A stretch of 61,816 nt of DNA from Rickettsiales bacterium. Lineage in GTDB: Bacteria; Pseudomonadota; Alphaproteobacteria; Rickettsiales; UBA8987. The position numbers and the translations under genes are program-made. The DNA is taken from assembly GCA_033762595.1 (NCBI GenBank), contig JANRLM010000049.1, positions 1 to 61,816 of the forward strand, written 5' to 3'. This document shows positions 55,806-61,816 of the stretch, one piece after another. How positions within the stretch are numbered: the first letter of the stretch is position 1; every line of letters starts with the position of its first letter. The notes below the pieces were generated by a model. The model saw only the letters and a program-made list of their open reading frames with translations. It made no database searches and was not told the DNA's origin.

Positions 55806-56687
55806 TTAGTTGTTAGAGTTTAGACCCCTTGGGTTTCCAGCCTCATCAAAGGCTTTAGCCCCGAGTAAAAAATTTATTCCGCCTGCTAAGCGAGCTTTAT
55901 ATTTTATCGCTTTTAATTTATTAAAGCTAATTATGTAAAGCAAATATTTTAACAAATAACTAAAACTTAAACTTAAAGATTTCTTTCTAAAGTTTTGAAG
56001 TGATAAATGTTTTTTGTAAAAATAAAATTTTGACCAAGAAGAATGCCAATATTTCAAATATTCAATTTTTGGATTAGGCGTTGAAGATTTTCCAACCAAA
56101 TGTTTTAGCAGAATATTTTTACAAATTAATATCTCAAACCCTGCTTTTTCTATGCGTTTGCAGAGATCAGTTTCTTCGTAATAGAGGAAAATATTTTCAT
56201 CAAAAAAGCCGATTTTTTTAAGATTTTCCATCTTAAAAAGCATAGTTGCACCAACTACCCAATTTGTTTTTTCAGCAATAAAATTTTCAGATTTTATATA
56301 TTCATTTTCATCAGTTGCTGGTGCTAAAACGCCAAGATTTTTTGTATTTTTTGCAACTTCCAGCAGGTTTATAATTGCGGCTTCATCAGAAATTATATCT
56401 GGGTTTAGCAAAAAAGCGTAATCAGTTGAAAGACTCTGCAAGCCTAGATTTGCACCCCTGCCATAGCCGAGATTTTTTTCAGATTTTATTATTTTTACTT
56501 CTGGAAAATTATCCCTCACAAAATCGGCAGTTCCATCTTTGCTTGCATTATCAACAATTATAATCTCAAATTTTTGATAAATATCCTTTAGGAATTGCGA
56601 AATTATTTCCTTGCTGTTATAGGTTACTGAGATAATTGTTAAATCTTGATTTTTCATGGAATATAAAAAATTTATAACCCGTAACAT
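55806..56687 (-). CDS. family 2 glycosyltransferase (rhamnosyltransferase-like)
   Basis: 293 aa with LTIISVTYNS...IIVDNASKDGT. The alternative start MKNQDL at 56657 would share the tetranucleotide CATG with the divergent gene starting at 56656. Confidence 0.75.
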   Translation of the reverse strand: MLRVINFLYSMKNQDLTIISVTYNSKEIISQFLKDIYQKFEIIIVDNASKDGTADFVRDNFPEVKIIKSEKNLGYGRGANLGLQSLSTDYAFLLNPDIISDEAAIINLLEVAKNTKNLGVLAPATDENEYIKSENFIAEKTNWVVGATMLFKMENLKKIGFFDENIFLYYEETDLCKRIEKAGFEILICKNILLKHLVGKSSTPNPKIEYLKYWHSSWSKFYFYKKHLSLQNFRKKSLSLSFSYLLKYLLYIISFNKLKAIKYKARLAGGINFLLGAKAFDEAGNPRGLNSNN

Positions 56688-57627
56688 AGCGATTCAAAAT
56701 AAATCCGCAAATTATAATCGTTTGTGCGTTTTTTCTCATTTTGATCGGGATTCAAAAATTGATGATTATGTTTTGCATTACTTAAAAGCCTTGAAGTCAG
56801 CTGATTGTGATATAATTTTTGTTAGTAACTGCCCCAATATTGATGATTCTGAAATCGCAAAAATTGAAAATCTTGCCCATAGAATAATCTTGCGAAAAAA
56901 TGAAGGTTATGATTTTGCCTGCTATCTAACTGGTTTTTATGAGGAAACCGAGAAGGAAAAATATAAGCAAATAATCTTCGCAAATGATAGTGTTTACGGG
57001 CCTTTCTATAATTTGAATAAAGTTTTTAACGCTATGCAACCCAAAAATTTAGATATGTGGGGCATTAGCGATAATGTTGCGAGTGTTTATCATATTCAAT
57101 CTTATTTCTTAAGTTTTTCAACTAAGATGCTGAAATTTTTAGATAATCATTTCCGAGCTTTCAAATTTGAAAATGATAAGGAAAACATTGTTACAAATAA
57201 TGAAGTAAATTTAAGCAGAAAGGCTTTGGAGCAAGGTTTTAGCTTGGGTGCGTTCTGCCCACACGCAGATGTTCTTGCATTTGAAAGCACGAATTTTGAT
57301 GAAAAATATATCGCAAAAATTAAGAAAAATATTTCTGAAAATTTATTTTACAAAGGTGGAATTAAAAAGTTTTTTTCAAAAAAATTAAATCGTGAAATAA
57401 ATTTTAGAAAATATTTTGATACTTATTTGACGCCTCATCTTTCAAGCTGGTATTCGCAAATTCAATATTTTAATGCACCTTTTATAAAAACTTCTCTGCT
57501 CAAAGACCCGCGATTAGTTCATTATCACAGCTTTTTATATCGTGAGGTGATAAAAAATAAATATCCAGAATTTGATTTGGCTTTGATAGAAAATCATCTA
57601 AATAGAGTTAGAAATTTAAGTTTGTAG
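56656..57627 (+). CDS. rhamnan-synthesis protein F (RgpF)-family protein
   Basis: 323 aa. VFSHFDRDSKIDDYVLHYLKALKSADCDIIFVSNCP and NDSVYGPF are typical of PF05045. It lies within the dTDP-rhamnose gene neighbourhood. Confidence 0.65.
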   Translation: MEYKKFITRNIAIQNKSANYNRLCVFSHFDRDSKIDDYVLHYLKALKSADCDIIFVSNCPNIDDSEIAKIENLAHRIILRKNEGYDFACYLTGFYEETEKEKYKQIIFANDSVYGPFYNLNKVFNAMQPKNLDMWGISDNVASVYHIQSYFLSFSTKMLKFLDNHFRAFKFENDKENIVTNNEVNLSRKALEQGFSLGAFCPHADVLAFESTNFDEKYIAKIKKNISENLFYKGGIKKFFSKKLNREINFRKYFDTYLTPHLSSWYSQIQYFNAPFIKTSLLKDPRLVHYHSFLYREVIKNKYPEFDLALIENHLNRVRNLSL

Positions 57628-57650
57628 TTTTTTAATTTTATCATATTACA

Positions 57651-57756
57651 AATTGTCACCCCGCATTTATTGCGGGGTTAATGGTTGAAAATATATATAA
57701 ACCTTAGTTTTGAGCGTGTTTTATAATTAACCCCGCAATAAATGCGGGGTGACATT
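57651..57756. repeat. MITE-like palindromic element, copy 4
   Basis: AATTGTCACCCCGCATTTATTGCGGGGTTAATGG ... TTAACCCCGCAATAAATGCGGGGTGACATT. This copy has the best-preserved terminal inverted repeats. Confidence 0.85.
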
Positions 57757-57789
57757 AGCTGAGATTTTGATAAAAAATATAATTAAATA

Positions 57790-58773
57790 ATGAAAACGAT
57801 ATTAGTTACAGGCGGTTTAGGTTTTATTGGTAGCAATTTTGTTCTGCAAGAAATTGCTTCTGGCAACAGGGTTATAAACCTTGATAAAGTTACTTACGCC
57901 GCAAATTACGCCAATGTTAAACCCGTTGAAAGCAATGCAAATTATCAATTAATCAAGGGTGACATTTGCGATAATAATCTTGTCAAAAAAATTTTTGATG
58001 AAAATAAAATTGATTGGGTCGCTCATTTTGCAGCGGAATCTCATGTTGATAATTCCATAGAAAAACCTTCGGAATTTATTGAAACCAATATTTTAGGCAC
58101 TTATAATTTGCTACAAAATTCTCTGCAATATTATAAAGATAAAAAGCCTGAAGGCTTCAGATTTCTGCATGTTTCAACTGATGAAGTTTTCGGCAGTCTT
58201 GAAGAAAATTCTCCCAAATTTAATGAGGATACAAAATATGATCCATCATCGCCTTATTCATCTTCAAAAGCGGCTTCAGACCACCTTGTTAAAGCGTGGC
58301 ATCGCACTTATGGCTTGCCTATATTAATGACAAATTGCTCTAATAATTACGGGCCTCGCCAGCATAAAGAGAAGCTAATTCCAAAAATAATTTTTTGTTG
58401 TTTGGAAGAAAAGCCAATTCCAATTTACGGCAAAGGAAACAATGTTCGCGATTGGATTTTTGTTGAAGATCACTGCAAGGGCATCAAACTGACCTTTGAA
58501 AAAGGCAGAATTGGTGAATCTTATCTGTTTGGTGGAAATTGTGAAAAAACAAATATTGAAGTTGTGAACACAATCTGCGATATTATGGATAAAAGAAAAC
58601 CTCGTAAAAATGGGGCTTCTTATAAAGATTTAATAAATTTTGTAACAGATAGGCTTGGCCACTATTTCCGCTATGCGATTGATGGCAGAAAGGCACTAGC
58701 GGAGTTTGGTTATAACCCAAAGCCAGATTTTGCTGGATATATAAACAAAACAATTGATTACTACATCTCATAA
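57790..58773 (+). CDS. rfbB: dTDP-glucose 4,6-dehydratase
   Basis: 327 aa with ILVTGGLGFIGSNF, the Y-x3-K motif (YSSSKAASD) and a full RmlB pattern. Confidence 0.93.
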   Translation: MKTILVTGGLGFIGSNFVLQEIASGNRVINLDKVTYAANYANVKPVESNANYQLIKGDICDNNLVKKIFDENKIDWVAHFAAESHVDNSIEKPSEFIETNILGTYNLLQNSLQYYKDKKPEGFRFLHVSTDEVFGSLEENSPKFNEDTKYDPSSPYSSSKAASDHLVKAWHRTYGLPILMTNCSNNYGPRQHKEKLIPKIIFCCLEEKPIPIYGKGNNVRDWIFVEDHCKGIKLTFEKGRIGESYLFGGNCEKTNIEVVNTICDIMDKRKPRKNGASYKDLINFVTDRLGHYFRYAIDGRKALAEFGYNPKPDFAGYINKTIDYYIS

Positions 58774-58774
58774 A

Positions 58775-59317
58775 ATGCAAATTACTAACTTAGAAATAGA
58801 AGGGCTTAAACTAATTACTCAAAAGATTTACCATGATAATCGTGGTTTTTTTAATGAAAAATATGTTGAGCAAAAATTCCACGATTTAGGAATTACTAAT
58901 AAATTTGTGCAGGATAATCATTCTTTTTCTCATAAAGGTGTAATTCGTGGGCTTCATTATCAAGCAAACCCAAGCCAAGCAAAATTAGTCAGTTGTATTC
59001 GTGGTAAAATTTTAGATGTAGCCGTTGATATTAGAAAAAACTCTAAAACTTATGGCAAATATTTTTCTGTAGAGCTTACTGCTGAAAACGGCTTGATGCT
59101 CTATATCCCGGCGGGCTTTGCTCATGGCTTTGCAGCTCTTACTGATTGCGATGTTCTTTATAAAGTTGATGGTGGTTATAATCCAAGAGGGGAGGGTGGT
59201 ATAATCTATAACGATAAAACCCTTAACATTGATTGGAAAGTTACAAATGAAATAGTTTCAGAAAAAGATTTAAGCCTACCCAATTTTTTAGATTATCAGA
59301 GAAATCCAGTTTTTTAG
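58775..59317 (+). CDS. rfbC: dTDP-4-dehydrorhamnose 3,5-epimerase
   Basis: The start was trimmed to the ATG at 58775 (MQITNLEIEGL), 1 nt after the rfbB stop. It has RGLHYQ and PAGFAHGF motifs. Confidence 0.9.
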   Translation: MQITNLEIEGLKLITQKIYHDNRGFFNEKYVEQKFHDLGITNKFVQDNHSFSHKGVIRGLHYQANPSQAKLVSCIRGKILDVAVDIRKNSKTYGKYFSVELTAENGLMLYIPAGFAHGFAALTDCDVLYKVDGGYNPRGEGGIIYNDKTLNIDWKVTNEIVSEKDLSLPNFLDYQRNPVF

Positions 59318-59697
59318 AATCTTAGAGTCATACCTAGGTTGATACCTCTATTTCTTCTATCCACGCCTAAATCAAACATTGCTCTATCAATATAGGTTTT
59401 GTTTTCATTTTTAGTTTGGAATAAAGTTGCTTCGCCAAAAAACTCGTTTTTCTGCCTTTTTAGAGCCACAGCAAATGCGTTACCTTCTTCTCTAATTCCT
59501 TTTGAGCTATCTTTTTTGAAAACTAAAGCACCATATTGTTTCGCTCCGTTTGAAGTATCAAACAAGTTTGAGTCTTGTCTAAAGTTAGTTCCCTCAAGCT
59601 CGGCTAGTGATGAGTTACTCATATAACTAACGCCCGAGCACGCATTGCAGGTAAAAACCAAACCTAAAAGCGATAATAATTTGAAACCCCTAAACAT
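59314..59697 (-). CDS. small secreted/lipoprotein-like protein, function unknown
   Basis: 127 aa with an N-terminal signal-like segment, MFRGFKLLSLLGLVFTCNAC. Confidence 0.4.
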   Translation of the reverse strand: MFRGFKLLSLLGLVFTCNACSGVSYMSNSSLAELEGTNFRQDSNLFDTSNGAKQYGALVFKKDSSKGIREEGNAFAVALKRQKNEFFGEATLFQTKNENKTYIDRAMFDLGVDRRNRGINLGMTLRF

Positions 59698-59966
59698 TAG
59701 TAAAATTTTAGTTAATTTATTATCATTATACCATATTTTAAGGTGCTAGTCTAGGAAATAACTATACAAATAAAATATTTTTTTTCGGGTGAAAAATACT
59801 GCTGAAAGATACAATTTTAATTAAAAAATATTGGCAAAAATAACAATCTGTAGCTTTTTGGGAATTTAATAATCTATATTTATGTCAAGGGATAAATATT
59901 TGAAATTTAATCAAATTTTAGATTTGCAATAGACATTTTAATGATTTTAAGAATTTAGCAATTTTA

Positions 59967-60515
59967 TCACCTTTTTATATCACAAGGGATTTGAGGGAAG
60001 TTTTCAATCATTGCAGAAATTCTAGCTTTTTCTTTTTCGTCTAGTTTAGGCTCTAAATTAGCCATATACCAATCAATTTCAGGGTTACCACCGCCACTTG
60101 CGAAGTGGAAATAAGTATAGGCTATTGCTTCATCATAAGGTATTACAGTGGCTTCGGGCGTGTTTTCATTCAGATATAATTTGCCAATTTCAAACATACT
60201 CGGTTTGTGCCAAGCCCTTGCCGCAAGACAATAATTACTAAGTGTTACTGCATCATCTTTTTGAGTATCATCACCGCAACAGCTAGCTTTTGCGGCTTTG
60301 TAAGCCCCCTCAACATCGCCATCATTAGCTCTTGCTTGCCAGTCAGCACGCTTAGATTCATTAACAATTTTTCTAAGTGTTGCTGGAACGCGATCGCAGG
60401 AAGTTATTAGAATAAGCGAGATAAGTAAAATGATAGGTTTGAAGGATTGAAAGATTGAAGGTTTGAAGGAGTGAAGGAACAAAGGTTTATTACCTTTCAA
60501 CCTTCCAGCCTTCAT
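59967..60515 (-). CDS. putative lipoprotein (possible Sel1/TPR-like repeat); start uncertain
   Basis: The ORF-track start at 60695 overlaps leuB by 160 nt. It was trimmed to the Met at 60515. A lipobox-like LILITSC is present. The N-terminal ~27 codons fall inside the GAAGG-periodic palindrome, so the true start may lie further downstream. Confidence 0.4.
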   Translation of the reverse strand: MKAGRLKGNKPLFLHSFKPSIFQSFKPIILLISLILITSCDRVPATLRKIVNESKRADWQARANDGDVEGAYKAAKASCCGDDTQKDDAVTLSNYCLAARAWHKPSMFEIGKLYLNENTPEATVIPYDEAIAYTYFHFASGGGNPEIDWYMANLEPKLDEKEKARISAMIENFPQIPCDIKR

Positions 60516-60534
60516 ACCTTCTAGCCTTCTAACC
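60436..60534. repeat. imperfect ~42-bp-arm palindrome built from 8-bp-periodic (N)TTGAAGG units, abutting the leuB stop
   Basis: The left arm is GGTTTGAAGGATTGAAAGATTGAAGGTTTGAAGGAGTGAAGG. The right arm is CCTTTCAACCTTCCAGCCTTCATACCTTCTAGCCTTCTAACC. 30 of 42 positions are complementary. Confidence 0.7.
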
Positions 60535-61629
60535 TTAAAAAAAGCTCTTTTCAAAATTTTTTGCAATTTTATCTCCTGCTTCTTCAGTTCCAACTTTTGT
60601 GCAGCCTTCCTGCATAATATCTGCGGTTCTGAAACCATCAGAGAGGAATTTTTTGACTGCAAAATTAAGTTTATCCGAAACCTCAGCCATATCAAAAGAA
60701 TATTTGAACATCATCGCTAAAGAGAGGATTGTTGCTATCGGGTTTGCGACATTTTTGCCTGCAATGTCAGGTGCGCTGCCGTGGATTGGCTCATATAGTG
60801 CATTACAAATTTTTTGAGATGCCTCCCCAAGAGAAGCCGAGGGCAACATTCCAAGTGATCCAGTTAGCTGTGCCGCCTCATCTGAAAGTATATCGCCAAA
60901 AATATTACCAGTTACAATTACATCAAACTGCTTAGGGTTGCGAACAAGCTGCATTGCGGCGTTATCAACATACATATGCGAAAGCTCAACATCTGAATAT
61001 TCCGCCTTGTGAAGTTTTATCACCTCATCACGCCATAGTTCAGAAGCTGCTAGAACATTTGCTTTATCAATAGAGCAAACTTTTCTGCCACGCTTCTTGG
61101 CAAGCTCAAACGCAACTTTTACGACTCTCTTAACCTCATAATCATAATATACCATATTGCTATAGCCCATTCTGCCTTGTGGGGTTTCTGTAATCCCTTT
61201 TGGCTCGCCAAAATAAACATCACCCGTTAGCTCACGAACGATAAGAATATCAAGCCCGCTAACAATTTCCTTTTTAAGAGATGACGCATCTGCAAGTTCA
61301 TCATAAACAATCGCAGGGCGTAGATTTGCGAATAAACCAAGATGCTTACGAATCGCAAGTAAGCCTTTTTCAGGGCGGATAGAGCTTTCCAGTGAATCCC
61401 ACTTAACGCCACCCACCGCACCAAGTAAAATAGCATCGGCCTTTTCGGCTAAATCAGCGGTTTGCTTAGGGTATGGGTTGCCATATTCATCAATTGCCGA
61501 GCCGCCAATTTTTGCATGTGAAACATCAGAAATTTTACTTTTCTTATTGATAATGTTGATAATTTTCTCTGCTTGCTTTGTAACTTCTGGGCCAATACCA
61601 TCGCCAGCTAGGATAAGAATATTTTTCAT
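60535..61629 (-). CDS. leuB: 3-isopropylmalate dehydrogenase
   Basis: 364 aa with [15 protein letters not shown] and DNAAMQLV motifs and GSAPDIAGK. Confidence 0.93.
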   Translation of the reverse strand: MKNILILAGDGIGPEVTKQAEKIINIINKKSKISDVSHAKIGGSAIDEYGNPYPKQTADLAEKADAILLGAVGGVKWDSLESSIRPEKGLLAIRKHLGLFANLRPAIVYDELADASSLKKEIVSGLDILIVRELTGDVYFGEPKGITETPQGRMGYSNMVYYDYEVKRVVKVAFELAKKRGRKVCSIDKANVLAASELWRDEVIKLHKAEYSDVELSHMYVDNAAMQLVRNPKQFDVIVTGNIFGDILSDEAAQLTGSLGMLPSASLGEASQKICNALYEPIHGSAPDIAGKNVANPIATILSLAMMFKYSFDMAEVSDKLNFAVKKFLSDGFRTADIMQEGCTKVGTEEAGDKIAKNFEKSFF

Positions 61630-61715
61630 TAGATTAAGTGTTGGTTTTTTGTTGCTTCTTAATGCCGTAGGCTCAAAAAATCAATTAGTTTAATTTCTGC
61701 ATTTTTCCTCTTAGG

Positions 61716-61816
61716 TGTCACCCTGCACTTATTGCGTGGTTTAACATAAAACACGCTCAAAAGCTAGTTTGAAAACGCTTTTAACCATTAACCCCTATAA
61801 ATGCGGGGTGACAATT
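61716..61816. repeat. MITE-like palindromic element, copy 5 (inverted orientation, one arm degenerate; touches the window end)
   Basis: GTGTCACCCTGCACTTATTGCGTGGTTTAAC ... CCATTAACCCCTATAAATGCGGGGTGACAATT. Its internal core is the reverse complement of the core in copies 1, 2 and 4. Confidence 0.75.

Overview
This is an AT-rich bacterial chromosomal window (about one-third G+C by eye). It looks alphaproteobacterial: it carries remnants of an RcGTA-type gene-transfer-agent head/tail cluster, and the core genes have the style of an AT-rich endosymbiont or Rickettsiales/Holosporales-like genome. No species assignment is possible without a search. The housekeeping backbone includes recA, prfA, recN, rpsT, rpoN, ruvX, glmS, htpX, prs, gpmI, rpmG, rluD, secA, leuB and dTDP-rhamnose/glycosyltransferase genes. 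Two accessory regions stand out. (1) At 38,461-50,574 there is a ~12.1-kb integrative island between tRNA-Lys and tRNA-Pro. It is bounded by 77/78-bp direct repeats that include the 3' end of tRNA-Pro. It carries a P4-type integrase, an AlpA-like regulator, a primase and an AAA ATPase. It also carries a complete type II-C CRISPR-Cas9 locus: cas9-cas1-cas2, 18 identical 36-bp repeats, 17 spacers of 30 bp, and a divergently transcribed tracrRNA candidate with its own promoter and terminator. An integrase C-terminal remnant between the cas module and the primase module suggests tandem accretion of two elements. (2) At 27.7-38.2 kb there is a flagellar filament locus. Its 835-aa flagellin contains a 264-aa internal tandem duplication, and the 860-aa FliD cap contains one copy of the same domain module. 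Upstream lies an operon of degenerate EAL-like and PAS/GGDEF-like proteins, and downstream an RTX repeat protein. The window is also peppered with a ~100-bp MITE-like palindromic element (4 full copies and 1 composite), GC-rich hairpin elements, a (CCCTAA)6 telomere-like tract and short-period low-complexity palindromes. All homology calls come from motif recognition by eye; no database search was run.
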